Source: Neodothiora populina (Eukaryota). From it: 58,563 bases of DNA. Below the pieces are notes generated by a model that was not told the DNA's origin, did no database searches, and saw only the letters and a list, made by a program, of their open reading frames with translations. Each line of letters opens with the position of its first letter. The stretch's first letter is position 1. The stretch is from assembly GCF_041146345.1 (NCBI RefSeq), contig NW_027191406.1:1488001-1546563 (forward strand), given 5' to 3'. This document shows, in pieces, positions 11,848-25,626 of this stretch. Made by a program: the position numbers and the translations under genes.

Positions 11848-13980
11848 TCAATCTCTATTAGCGGCGACCAAAGCCCTCCACAGCTCCCCATCAGTCTCTC
11901 CCTTTGGCAACGTCGGGTCATCCTCCTCGCTGAACCCATCCAACGGCCTGCGATCGGGAGTGCAGATCTGCGATACTTTGCCTTCACCTCTGTACTCGCC
12001 GTCTTCTTCCTTGCCACCGGGGCTAGCGGGCAACTCGCCCGTCTGGAAATACCGCCGTATAGCTTTCGCGGTACACATACTGACGGCCGACGACGAGCAG
12101 TGGCCTTCGCTGTCCTGTTGTAGGATCGTGGAGCCCGGGAATCCGCGCGCCATACGGATGGCATTACGGAGGGGCGTCACGTTGTCTGCGGTGTTTGAGA
12201 CGAAGAGGATCGGGTGTGCGGTTTGTGCGGTGTAGGGGCCTGTGTAGCGCCATTTGGGGCGGATGTTCCACTATGTAGGCGCCGTTAGATTCTTCTTCTC
12301 GGTCCGGTTGGGTTGTGTTCGATGATTGTGAGGCAAGGGTAGCGGGGACGATGGAAAGAACGATATGGGGGATTCGAGAATGTTGGAAAGTGAGCTCACC
12401 TGGGTGCAAGGCAATCTTATACGGCCCCACACATCACCCAACAACCGACTCTGTCCCATCAGCTCCTCGACATATTCCCAGTACTCTGCTTTGGTCATGT
12501 TGGTCTGGTCATCGGCATCTGTGCACAGAATCGGCTGTGCGTGGCTAATATCCCATGCCTTGGAGGCGTCGAAGCATGCTTGACTGTAGGGTCCTTGTTC
12601 TTTGCATTCTATACTGGTCCCTTCCTCTATGAATTTACGCTTCTCGAGTCGCCCTTGAACCAGTCCAGTCGCGTTTCCCTGACGTACCTCGTTCATAGTC
12701 TTCGCCAGGCTGTGGAAGTAGCGTGTCGGGTTGTAGCTGCTGGTCATGAAGAGCTGCTTCAGGTCGCTGTTTGTCGCTACCTCGGGCGGGCGACCGTCTT
12801 GCGCAGGCACACCGATCGGGTTCGCTTTAAGGTCTGCGATGATCTGGGCGAACGTGTCGACGATAGCTGCGGGACCATCAGGAGAGTAGAGAGCGCAGTT
12901 CTCGGGTCCTCCGAGCCAGCAGTATTCACCAAACTTGATGATCTGCATGTCCGTGTCTTGTAGATTGGTCAACCAGCCGCCTTTCATATAGTCAAAACTG
13001 TCGCAGACACCGTCGAGAACAGCACGAGAGATACGGGAGGGAAACATGGCCGACAAGGTTGCTCCGAGAATGGTGCCATAGGAGAATCCCCAGTACTGCA
13101 GTTTCTCCTGATCAGGAACATATTTGGTGCGTTCGAGAACGGCCGACTGGGCGTTTTCTGCTGTGGCAATCGCATTCTGCGCGGCACTACCAGGCCAGAG
13201 CTTGAATTTCGAGGTAGAGCCATGGGATGAAGCAGCCAGCAACTTCTCTGCTTCCTTCTCCCTCCACTGGCCAGCTCGCTCGATCATCTCAATCATATCT
13301 CTAGCAACACTGGGCGTGGTCACAAACTCGCCGATTCCAGACTCCAAGGCCCTCTTCGAACATACGTCCGCGAGCGCACGTTGCCTGGCCCATTCGATAC
13401 CAAACGCCGCGTCTGATGATTCCAGAGCACTGTTTGCCGCACTCTCGAGTTCCGAAGCATACATCTGCACGCTAGACATGAAGCAGTTGAACGAAGGTGT
13501 CGTGTTGTTGACGCCTCGAGGATCGAAGCTCATCACATCAAAGTGCTTGCCGGTCGCCGTGGCCTCCTCTGTAGAATTATGTTTCGAGGTTGGTGCACTA
13601 ACGATCGTCTGGATAAGTCTACCCTGTTTGAGGGCCATTCCTACACCGGAACCACCAGGACCACCTGGATTGATCAAGACAGGTCCGCCATAAGAAGGAT
13701 CAGTGACTGGAACTGTCGCCGGCAGTCGAATTATTGCAAGGTCGACGGTGCGAGTGTCCGACACGTTCGTCCAGTCCATTGGAACCGACAGACGTGCACA
13801 TTGGTAGTCTTCGAAGCAGTCATGGTATGTGAGAGTTTCGTTTGGTGTGATCTTGTCCCATGAGAAGGCTTCGCTCGGTGTTTCGTTCAGTATCGATGTA
13901 TTTATGCTTGAGCTGGGAACAATAGCAGATAAAAATGGCACATTTGGAAGACAGTGAGAAGCGAGCTTCCCAAACAACAT
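11848..13980 (-). CDS. Alpha/beta hydrolase, tripeptidyl aminopeptidase (TAP)-like; intron 12271-12399; start codon uncertain
   Basis: CARLSVPMDW, INPGGPGGSG, FDPRGVNNTTP, nucleophile YWGFSYGT and LDGV. After the intron: HPILFVSNTADNVTPLRNA and EGHCS (catalytic Asp/His). Confidence 0.88.
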
Positions 13981-14961
13981 GATCACTATACACAGAAAGG
14001 ATAATACTTGAGTGTCGGAAAGGACGAGCTGGCTAAGTTATGATGGTGGATAGCGGAGAATATACACATGGACCTGAACTTACAGTACCTGCCTCGCTAG
14101 GTTAGCCTGTACAATATAGCGATATGGTAGCCTAAGTAGGTACCTTACTGTTGGTAGATGCCTTACTTCACTAGTGCGGGTAGAATTATGCTTATACACG
14201 AATCTATCCGACCAGACAGGGGATGTGTAACTCTATGCGGATATTGCTCCACTCGTGAATTGAGAGGCATCTCTATATTCATCTCGGGACGAGGAATGAA
14301 CACATTCACTAGGGTAACTTTACCTCTGCCACACGACATATATCCGTTACCATGTGGTGTATACCTTCCTCACAGCGTCTACATACGTCATTGACCATCT
14401 TCAAGGTGCCTTACCTATCTCTGCGAAGCGCAAGGTTCAGTGTACAAATACAAATAAATGTGTGCGCAGAGCAAGTGGTTATGATATGTCAAAAGTCGTG
14501 GAGAATGATTGTAGCAATTCGATCTGAGCATAGGAAGTAACAAAGGTAGATGTACCATTATCGAGATATGGCGAGTTGTTCAGAGGACAGCATTCCGAGA
14601 CACAAGGGACAGATGCATAGAATGGCCATGTCATTGAGCTATCTTATTCCCAAACAGGAAGGAACGGTACCTACCTTGACTTACTCAGAATGGCCTGATC
14701 TGATCACATTCCTCCAAGCCTGTAATGAATCAAGAGCGGGTAAACAGAGAAATATTTTGGAGGAAGAGAGCGGCTTGTCAATAGAGCATGAATTTTGCAG
14801 CGTTTGTTTGCATGTAATCCCTGGCGCAAAGGCCGAGACAAGACAGGCGAAAGTCGAACAGAAAAAAAGGAGATGGAGCCGTCTTGGTCTTGGATCGTCC
14901 TGGTATATACACATGCACTAGTCTACAAGAGCGGCGGAGATGTTCATGTGTCGTCCGACGT

Positions 14962-16039
14962 CTATTTCTTCTCCTCGGCTTTGGGCTCAGGCTTGGGGGT
15001 AGGGAGCTTGAATGTCTCGGGCTTCCTGTCGTGGCCGGGGCCAACCTGTTCCCATGCGGAGCTGTGTGAGAGTCAGTAGGATGCGACAAAAAGCTATTCG
15101 ATCAAGGTCTCAGCATACCTTCCACCCTCGAAGTTTCTGAAAGCTTGGGTGAGCTCGAGCGGCTCGACGACGATTCTCTTCTTCTCCTCGTCGTATCTGA
15201 TCTCGGTGTATCCGGTCAGAGGGAAGTCTTTTCTCAATGGGTGACCGTCGAAGCCGTAGTCGGTCATGATTCTCCTGAGATCGGGATGGCCGCTGAAGAA
15301 GACGCCGAACAGATCCCAGACTTCACGCTCGTACCAGTTGGCGCCGTCGTAGAGGGAGGTGATGGAGGGGACCGGGGTGGCCTCGTCGGCGTAGGTCTTG
15401 ACGCGGATGCGCGAGTTGTGACGGACAGAGAGGAGGTTGTAGACGACCTCGAAGCGCTGGCTGCGGGTCGGGTAGTCGACGGCGGTGATGTCGCTGACCT
15501 GGGTGAATTCGGCGGCGGTGTGATATTTGAGGAAGTTGAAGACGGGAGTGACGCCTTGGGGAGGAATGTAGATTGTGAGTTCGTCCTTCCACACGGAAAA
15601 TCTGCATTGGAGGCGCCAGGAGGTTAGCGCTGGTGGTGACGACAACAAGAACGAAGGGTGCGAGCGGCACGTACTGCTGGATGTACTTGGGGAGGCAGGA
15701 TAGAAGGTATTGGCCGTAGTTGTGCAGGGAATCAGCCTTCTCTTGGTACTTGTCTGCCGGGTTCACGATGGGGACGTGGAGTCTTCCTTGAGGGCCGCGC
15801 TGGGCGTGCTGTGGGTAGAGAGCTGATCAACATTTCTTCTTGTCCATTGGAGAAAGCGATGATCCTACTCTCATGTTGGGCAAGTCGGACTTGTCGGAGA
15901 CGGGGATGGAGCTGGTGTCTGCCATTGCGCGGGCGACGGACGAGGTGAAGCATCGGACGGTGGCGGTGGTGGTGTTGGTGGCGGCGACACTGCGCTGGGC
16001 CAGGCGCAATGAGCGAGTGGCCGATTGTCTCAAGGCCAT
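14962..16039 (-). CDS. nuo-30.4: Mitochondrial complex I 30.4 kDa subunit (NDUFS3/NuoC homolog), three introns
   Basis: Arg/Ser/Thr-rich mitochondrial presequence. [83 protein letters not shown]. Last exon SAWEQVGPG...EEKK* ends at TAG 14962-14964. Confidence 0.96.
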
Positions 16040-17023
16040 TGCGAGAGTCTCTTGTTGTCGAAGAGATGTGTTGTGGAGGTGGCAATGGGGGATGGCGATG
16101 ATTGGTGTCGCTATCAGCTACAGCTACCTGCCTGAGGGTATAGCCTCAAGGTATAGACGGACTTGGAGGGCGTCATGTAATGTCCTTCTGCGCCCCTTCC
16201 ATTGGCTGCCGACTTTACCACCACTTGCGGAAGGAGCCCGATCCTCCGATGCTTGGCGTTTTCTGCCCTTGCCTTCTTTCTCTGTCTCTTGGATGCATTG
16301 TACTGAGAATTACTGTGGCTCGTGCCCGTAGGTGCCCGCCATCCAAAAGCAACAAGGACGCGGCAGACAAATACAGTACAGCTGCAGCACAAGACTGAGA
16401 GGCAGACAGAGACACAGAAGCAAGAGCAGCTGTGTAGTAAAGGTCTACTGCCAGCGACAGCATTCAAAAGGAAACACACAGACCTCCAGTCTGCCACCTG
16501 CTCAGCAGCACGAGTGCCTTCTGTGCTTTTACTTCTTTGATATACCCTACACTACCCTGCGGTGCAGCCAGTTGTCGGTCTCTTGCGCCATCCGTCAATC
16601 GTCGCGTCGTCGTCTTCTTCCTTCCTTCTTCTCCATCTCCTCCCCTCCACTTCCTTCCGTTACCATCTCCATTTTCTCTCCTCCCTGCCACAACCAACAT
16701 CATCTCTTCCGCCGCCACCAGGAAAACAACCCCAATATAGCTTCTTCTCCTTCTCTCCGTCCATCTTCTCTCATCGTCCTGTAACGGCCTGGTTGGAGTT
16801 TTTTTTTTGCAGCGTTTCGCTCTTCTTCGGTTGTATTCTACGACATCAACGACAGTAGCCACGGCGGCATTGAGTTCGACATCTTTGCCACGACGGCCAC
16901 TACTTGCATCTCTCGGGAGCCTGCAGCGCACCCTCTGATTCCCAGTGCATCGACCATCAAGCTATCTATCATCATCACTGATCCTCATCCTGGCGCAACG
17001 CCACGTCTTCACACCCACTCACA

Positions 17024-20000
17024 ATGTCGCGGACGCAACAAGATCAGTTCATCGACGACGATGAGGAAGACACGTGCCCGCTGTGTGTCGAGGAGCTTGA
17101 TCTCTCAGATCGGGGCTTCAGACCTTGTCCCTGTGGCTACCAGGTGTGTTTTCCCTGGTCTTTTCTTTTGTCCACCTCCATCTGCATCAGCCTGTGCTGA
17201 CCCTAGTCTCTGCCCTGCACAGATCTGCCAGTTTTGCTATCACAATGTTCGCAACAACATGAACGGCCTCTGCCCCGCCTGCAGGAGACCCTACGATGAC
17301 GCAAACATTGTCTTCAACAAGCCCAGCCCGGAAGAGTGCGTGTATCATTTCTTATGCGACAACCATGTACAGAAGCAAGGCCTAACGTGAGCTCTAGGGA
17401 AATGGCATGGAAAGCCCGACAAGCTGCCAAGGCCAAGAAGAACACCATCGCCGCGCAAAAGGAAGCGCAAAAGCGCGAGGCCGACACACTGAGCCGGAAA
17501 CATCTCGCCGGCCTCCGTGTCGTGCAGAAGAACCTCGTCTACGTGACCGGCCTGAGCCCGAGTGTGCAGGAAGACCATCTGCTCGAGACTCTGCGTGGCT
17601 CCAACTACTTTGGCCAGTACGGCAAGATTGTCAAGATCGTCGTGAGCAAAGCAAAGGAGCCTCATACTCAGTCTGTCGGAGTCTATGTCACCTACGCGCG
17701 GAAACAAGATGCTGCCACTTGCATCCAGGCCGTCGATGGCTCCCAAAACGGAGATCGCGTATTGAGGTGGGTCAACCCGGTTTCCTCTAACCTCGTTTCT
17801 ACTGACTCTTTCTCTTTTCTTCAGGGCGCAATTCGGCACCACAAAATACTGTTCTGCCTACCTCCGCAACGAGCAGTGTACGAATCGCAACTGCATGTTC
17901 TTGCACGAGCCCGGCGAGGACAACGAGAGCTTCACCCGACAAGATCTTTCTTCCATGAACGTGTCTTCGACCCAACACCCGTCCTCGTCCATGCATTCTC
18001 CGCCGCAACCGCCGCCGCAAGTCATCCCCGTCGCTGCTGCACACAGTGCTATCCGCCAAGAGGCCGCCGATCAAGCTCCTCACAGCCCCATCGATACGCC
18101 CGACCGTCCAGCATTGCCCTCGACCGCAAGTTGGGCCTCGAAAGCACCGCAAATGTCACGCCAAACATCGAGTGCCGGTCGCGCCGCGAGCGCTGCTCAC
18201 CCCAGTCCCAATGTCGCCGCTGCGACACCCAAGAAAGAGATTGCGAAGCCCGAGCCCGTTCCGGAGCCTGCTCCTCAGTCCACGCCTGCCGCTGCACCAG
18301 TCGCCGAAGCTGTCCCAGCTGCCTCTCCAGATACACCACTTCCTGCCCCCACTCCCCGCCAGAAGAAACCGCTACCCCCAGCCTCGGCGCTGTTGACCGA
18401 GATGCTCAAATGCTTCGCCGAGTCCGACTTCAAGTTCTCCTTTTCGACCAATGGCTTGAGCGAAGAAGAGGTGGATTGCATACAGAACTTTCCTGCTCTC
18501 TTTGATGAGAACGGAGGTGCGAAGCGACGCGCCCTGCGACAGAGAGAGGAAGAGGAACGCCAACGACTACTCGAACAGGAAGCTCAGCTGGCTATGCAGT
18601 CCGCCGCCGTCGAGTCCGAAGACAACAACGAGGAGGTCAGGGGCAGTCTGCAGCTCGGTGGAGAGCCCGAAGAGCGTCAGGACTCCACCTCGCAGCAGCA
18701 GCAGCACCAACAACAACAGCAGCAACAGCAGCAACAACACCTTCAGCAGCAACAGCAGCACGTCATTGGACACTCTTCCACGCAGGGGATCAACGATTCA
18801 TTCGCCATTCCCAACGACATGTCCAACCTGAGCATCTCGCGCGGTCTCACCCCCCAGCAACACCAACAGCTTCTGCTACAACAACTCAAGGCGCCGTCTG
18901 CACAAAACCAAGCTTCATTCCCGAACCAATTGCAGGCCGGCAACCCTCCTGGTCACGCCCGCAACGTTTCACGATACACATTCGCCAACGATTCTTCTTC
19001 CGCCTCAGCTGCTGTCAAACCGGTCGGCAACTCCAAACTCATGAATCAACAATCCTCGATGATGCCTCTGCAGGGCTCACTGCCGCAACAACCCCCGGCC
19101 GGCTTCTTCAGCACCAACGTCCAAGGCCCACCTCCGGGTCTCAAAACCACTGGCACACCGCCATTCTCCGGAGGCGGCATGTTCGGTCAGGGTCACGGCT
19201 TTGCCACTAGCGGCCTTGGTTACGGCGCCAACCTCACTGGCCGCTCTCCTAACGATGAGATGATGAGGGATCTGCTGAGAACGCGCAACTTAGGCGGCGG
19301 TGCTGGTAGTCAAGTGTCTTCGGACGCCGGAAAGCGTGAGTACATGTTTCCTTCCTTCCTGCATCATTCGCACCCATCCTCGCAGGCCTCGACTCCTGCC
19401 CCCCATATTGCCCATGCCCACGCGCCTGGCCTTCTGAACCTGCCCTATGGTTTGCACCAAGCGCAGCTCGATGGCGTCGCCGTCGGTGCTGGTCAAAGTG
19501 TCGGTGTCAAGCCCAAGAAGAAGGGAAAGAAGCACAGGCATGCTAACACTTCCTCCTCAGGAGGGGGTGCCTTGTCAGCCGTCGATGTGGCCGACCCATC
19601 CATCTTGCAGGCCAGACTTCACCAGGCTCAAGCCGGCCATCCCGCCGGTCAGGCTTTTGCATATGCGGGGCAGGGTGCAGGTCAAGGTGGGTTGCAATCC
19701 ATGATGTACGGCGGTGCTGGCTTTGGTGGGAGGTGGTGATTTGTTTTCTTCCTCTTTCCCACGACTTGTCGTTTGCGAACCCCTTCCTCTTGATGATCTC
19801 TCCTATCCACTCCCTTCCACTCGGTTGCTGCTCCCACGAGCGGGCGCCCGATGATGATTCATTTCTGTTTGCTACTGGCGTCTTGTTCTAGGCATGATTT
19901 GATGGGGAGCGATTCGAAAGCATTGGGCGGAATAATCCCGGCGCGGATACATCTGCCTCTGGCGTTCTGGGCATGTCCGTCTCTGGTAGCACATACCGGA

Positions 20001-23000
20001 GTTTATGTTCTTTTTCTTCTTTTTCTTTATCTTCTCCTTTCGTTGGGTTTCACACAGAAAGCATCGCATTCGTCGGAGCTGGGATCTACAGGCCGACATG
20101 ATACCTTGACCATCTTCGAAAGTCTTTTCCTCTCTACTTCCCCTGTTCTCTACTTCTACCAGGCATATGAGATGCATCCTCTTCTTGTACGTATCCTCTT
20201 ACCTTGTCTTGAAAGATTGGTAGCCATTAACAAGAGACAAGATCAGTCAAGACTCGACTTTCTCCTCTATAATTGAAATGCCCATTGTGCCCATGTATAT
20301 TAGACCAATTTTTCCTTATCTTCTCACGGCGTCCTTTTGTCCGGCGTAATTTCGTCTCTTTTTCTATCACTCCTATGTATCATGCATGCAGTTATGGGGA
20401 GGGAAGAAAAGAAGCCACAAGCCAGCACCGCCACCGTGATTGCTAACCACCTAGATGCCTCACCTCTCTCGCCCTCACATACTTGATGGATCAGAAGACC
20501 GTCTTTGCTGATGTCCACTGCTCTAGAAACCCCCGACTTCCACCTCACCGGCCTGGGGCTTGGGTCCCATTTCTCACCCGACCTCGCACACGAGGCTCGA
20601 ATCGGCACGCCGCCACCTGTTCCTCCGGGCTTCGAAGGCATTCGCACTCCCGGCCTTGAGGGCTTGGGTCAAGTCGCCCTTCACAGTGGTAGAAATTCTC
20701 CAGCTCTCGGCTTCAGTGGCATTGGTCTCGGGTTAGATTCTCCCAGGAAAGCAACCCCGACTATTCCACCAGGTTTCACTGCCGAGCACCTCTCCCAGCC
20801 ACCGAGCAGGACTTCTAGCAGGACAAGTATGAGGATCTCAAAACTGCCCGACAAGGACAAAATCTGGCCTGCTGTGCCCAACATCCCGACTTCCCATGCA
20901 ACACCGGGCAGGACTGGAACCCCTCTCAAGGAAGTTGCCAAAGTGAGGGAGAGGGAGGAACATACAACGCCCACCAAAATCAGCAAGCGAAACAAGGCGA
21001 ACAAGAAGTTGCCCAGCAGTGGAGATGGAGATAACGATGACATGAAGGTCGCTATTCCCACCACCGTTGAGACCGTATCGATGCCTGCGAAGACCAAGGA
21101 TGTCGAGCCCGAGTCGCTGAACCTCAAAAAGTCTCCTTCACCCACCTTTTACGAGGATTCTGCGACACATCGCAAGTCTGCCGCACGGGTTCTGGCGGAG
21201 AAGCACGCCCAGAATCAGCATGCTGCTGCACAACAAGTCAATCCTCCTCTGACTGCGGCTCAAATGCTAGAACAACGCCATCGCAAGAGCGAGGCGGAAC
21301 GCGCAGCTAGCAGGCCCGCGAGCCGCCTCGCGAGCCCTGTTGGCAGCAGAGCTCCTAGTCCTACCCCTGATGGCAAGAAGAAGCAAGGTCCTGGCAAGCT
21401 GGACATCGCCGCAGCTATAACGAAGGCGACCGAAGGACCATCGAGGTCGCAAAGCAGCACTCCTCTTTCCGCGTCTGCCTCGCTAGCCAGACCTGGAGCA
21501 GTGATCAAGACCCTTCCAATGACCGCTTCACCAGCATCTTCGAGGACCGGAACCCCCGCCATTGGTGCCACAGACACTCCTGCAAAAAAGGTGACAGCCC
21601 CGAGAACCCTTCGCGTTGTTGCGACGCCAACACCAAAAACCGAAGCACCTCCCAATCTTCCGACACCTGGCCACGCAGGCGAGAAGCAGGAGGCCAAGTC
21701 TGTGCTTCCAACTTTTCCTTCCCGTCAGCCGTCGTTGGCGTCCATCAACATGCCTGGCACGCCCGGCTCAGATCATGCAGGGTCGAGCTTCATCAGTGAC
21801 AATGTATCGGTCACATCGACATCGTTCTCACGGGCATCATCTCCACCTCCCGGCCCCGTGTCCACCCGTGTCGGCTCAGCACCGGTCAGGGCCAAGACCA
21901 AGAACCAGCAGAAGAAGGATCGCCAAGAACGAGCACGTCAAATCGAAGAAGAGAGACTCCTGGCTCTGGAAGCGGAGAAGGGAGGCGAAGGAACAAAAGT
22001 AGACGGTATCGTGCAAGAAGCCATCGTTGGCCGCAAGAAGAAGCAGAAGAAGGCTGCAGCGCCGAAACAAAAGGTGCAGCAAGAATCCCAGCCCACGACG
22101 CCCAAAATACAAAGTCAACAAGGAACACCAGCTCAGTCTCGCCCAGGAACTCCCAAGTTAGCCGCTATTGAGCAGGAACCGGCAGCTACAGCCATGGTCA
22201 CACCTACTATTGTGCCCGAGAAACTCGAGGAGGCCCTGCCAGAACCCGCAAAGGTGGAACATGCCGAGCCAGAGCCGACGCCAAGATCGCCATCTCCGCC
22301 TCCTGCTCCGGTACTCACTCCTCAGAGGATTATCTCCGAACTTCGTCAGTATTCACCTCTCCTCTCGTCTTCCATCGACACGCTGCTCCGTCCGCTGGCG
22401 CAGCAATCGCAGCATTACAAACCAAGTCAGCCCTTGTCCGCACACGACCTCAGCATCCCCCGATCACTCGAGCGCAACCCGGATGTCAACATCAAGGCAG
22501 TCAATCTGGAGTACATGTGGCAGAACCACTCCGGGCTGCGCTACGGCGGCGAAGACGGCAGAATCTGGAGCAGAGGTTGTGTCACGCCTGGTGGCGCCCA
22601 CATTCGTCACCTGGAAGAGACATGGGAAGAACGATTCATCAGCCTCGAGAACGAGCTGAGAAGGAGACCGGAAATACTAAGATACTGGCCTGAGCTTCAA
22701 GGACGAGCGCAGGAAGCCGTGAGTCAGCTGCTCTCTTCTATCTCGACCAGTCCCTCGAGCAACAGCCAGAACCCGAACCTGAAGAGTTTGGAGGACGAGT
22801 TTCCTCGCATTGATCTCGTCAAGCTCAAGAGAGTTCTGGAGGAGTTTGAGAGATACGGTGGACGCAGAGACGCCAATGCCATGGAGAAGGCGGTCGAAGA
22901 AGGATCCAAGAAGGGCAGTTTCCTTGTGGATACGGCGGGCAAATATGTCAATGAATTTGTGCTGCCCACGTACGGTGCGCCCTCGGTGGCAGGACTCGCT

Positions 23001-23270
23001 ACGCACAGCGGGAATGCACCCGTCGGAGTCGGCGTTGGCGGAGTAGGCGCAACGAGTGCGGTGGCCAAGCTTGGTCCAGGCGCCGCACCCCTTGTTGGCG
23101 AGAATCAGCAACAGATGGAAGGCGGTGCCGTCCAAGACATGCGGGCTGGCCTGAGCGTTCACGAGGCAGAGAAGATGCTGAGCGAGGCGAAGAAAGTGCT
23201 CGAAGAGCGCGAGGCGCAATTGAGAAAGGTGGTCAAGCGCAACAGAAAGCTGGTCGGACTTACACACTAG
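17024..23270 (+). CDS. NOT4: Not4 (Mot2) RING E3 ligase of CCR4-NOT. Long isoform uses a long intron (19687-20526 or 19336-20526); the unspliced short isoform ends at 19739
   Basis: ATG at 17024. C4C4 RING CPLCVEELDLSDRGFRPCPCGYQ|ICQFCYHN..CPACRRPY, RRM (LRVVQKNLVYVTGL, YFGQYGKIVKIVV), AQFGTTKYCSAYLRNEQC.NRNCMFLH zinc finger and polyQ. Both donors are phase 1 and fuse in frame to the 20527-23270 exon. Not4 identity is secure; the link to the distal exon is inferred. Confidence 0.85.
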
Positions 23271-24188
23271 TCGCCATGACCCGGGGAGAGCGAGGGAGCT
23301 GGAGTGTCATTGCACTTAGATGCAAACTCATTGTGTGAGTATACTGGAGCCTATCACTACCGGATAGCTTATTCATGTAGAAACTAGATGTATTACTAGC
23401 GCTGTAGGATAACACACGACTCTTATATTCAAAGTAGAAGGGAATAGAAAGACCAATTATCTTATCTCAGCGTGCTTATTCCTCGAGATGAGAGTATGAT
23501 ATAACTTGTTCAGCTCGACTATCGTACATCGCATTTCGACGGGGCCAATACAATTTTAGAAGAGGTGGCGCATGCAGTGCCTCCCGCACAAGTCGCGCTA
23601 AGAACGCGAGTTCGCTTGCTCCGACGCGTCTCCTGCTCCTGCCTATCAATAGGACTTGTTAAATCGAGGGCTGAAGATGTTTAAATTGCAATAGATCGAA
23701 GCCAGCGACTCAACCTCCACCCTATTTGTTTCCCTACCTATAATCCAGACTTTCATCGACTACATCGAAACGAGAAGACGTCCTGATTGCGCCAATGAAC
23801 GACAGCAACGTACCGAGCCAGTCTAATGCTATTACAGGTACCATTTCTACTCCTGGTCGCAGCTAGCAGCAGGCACGAGGTGCTGCCCTATTTGACTATG
23901 AGCCATCGACACACGTGTCAGACATCCGTAGACGGGCTTATCTCCAGACTGGTACATAAAACCGCAAGACTAAGCAGTTCGATAGGTCCATACGAGACAA
24001 GGCCGACGACAACGACGACGACAAGGATGAAGAAGAGGCGGCAAGGTCAAAATCGCGCTTTGCTCATTCAATTTCTCGCCGAGTGGCAGTTCACGATCTA
24101 TGGACATGCAGATCTGTGGACATACAAAAAGAAATTATGGTCAATCAAGGCTACTGAAGTCGGCTCAAATTCTAATCTAATCTCATCC

Positions 24189-25626
24189 TTACAGCTTCGT
24201 TCTTGCGGACTCGAGATCTATGGTCTCGGTGTGTATATCCAGCGTCTTGTTGATGCCGCCACCAGGCGGCATGGGATGCTCGTGAGTCGTCAGCACAGAT
24301 TGGTCTTTACGTATGATTGCATCTTGACTCTGAGCCCCGTCACTCAGGTCCGACGTCCTGCCGCCGTATATCTCCGTCCTCAGATGATTCATCTGGAAGT
24401 TCCCGACGCTGTTTTCTCTGCCACTTGCCGCACTATCACCGTTGTATTTGAGATATCCTCTGTGGGATGAGAAACGAGCACCAGAATTCGCAGTTCCAGC
24501 GTCTAGTGTGGTCAAGAGTCCCACGCGACGAAGCACTTTCTCGAAGGGCGATTTGAGAGTGGGAATGCAAGAGGCGATGATGGAGATGTTCTCTTCCATC
24601 TGCCACCATACAGACAGATCGATGACATCGTAGAGAGGGTCTTTGATGTTGCGGTAATTGTATATCAGTGTGATTTTGAAGACCGACGCCAATGTTGCGA
24701 ACATGCCAAGACCCATAAGCAAGCCGAGCACAATTCGCTCTCTCAGAGGTCGGTTCATCTTTCGCAGGAAACTGATGGGCAGCAGGGAGAATATGGTGTC
24801 ACTCGCGACGCTCACAGCGGCATTGACATACGCGCTGGCCTGGATCGCGTGAGGGGACCAGCTCGTGGTGGTTGGTCTACTTGCAACCTCGGGGTCCCTG
24901 TATTGTACACAGCGTCGTCAGTCGAGAACCTTCACATATGGGATAAGAGAGCGAGCGTAGACTTACCAGTACGCGGATATCGGGTTGAACTGTTTTAATT
25001 GAGCGACGTTGGCCGCCACGGCAGACAAGACCTGGATGAATATAAGGACGTAAAGGAACGCTTGCCATCCCTTGGTCCGCTTCAAGCGAATGAGCATGAA
25101 CGCGACTGAGCATTTCGCCAGGCAGATGGCCCAAACCACCATAGGCTGGGCTACAAACGAGAAGAAGTTTGCCTTCTTCGCGTGTTCGTAGCTCACATAG
25201 TAACTGTGTCGTCCGGTCCCATAGTAGCAGCTTACACCGCTCAAGGTCACACCGATGATAGCTAATATCTGTAGGTAGATGTTATGTCAGCCTTTCGAAC
25301 GTCGTAGGTAGGAGATGATCACACCGCTACCGTGCTTGATAGATGTTCCAGAATAGATCATCATGAGATTGTATGCGCGTGCACCATATCAACCGAGACG
25401 ATCTGGTGCAGGAAAGGAAACAGGGTTCACTTAATTTACTTACTATGGCTGCAGTAACCGAATAATCATCCCATCCTAGAGTGTTGACTGGCCTTGTGCG
25501 GGTGTATATTCGTGCAACGTACAAGACGCATGCAACGAACAATGTTACCGTCGACGGTACAATCAAGTTGGCCGCGATCGATGTATCTGGGCCAGGATAT
25601 GGAAAGCCTCTGTGGTCCGACGACAT
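24189..25626 (-). CDS. PTH11-like integral membrane protein (fungal rhodopsin-domain GPCR-like, no CFEM); two introns
   Basis: ARIYTR....LGWDDY, YYGTGRH, WAICLAKCSVAFMLIRL, P-I-S-A-Y-W|DP, SDTIFSLLPISFLRKMNRP.RERIVLGLLMGLG and EENISIIASCIPTLK. Confidence 0.9.

Noticed and set aside
18692..18762. CAG/CAA repeat tract
   Set aside because: Ordinary polyQ inside Not4, not an independent element.
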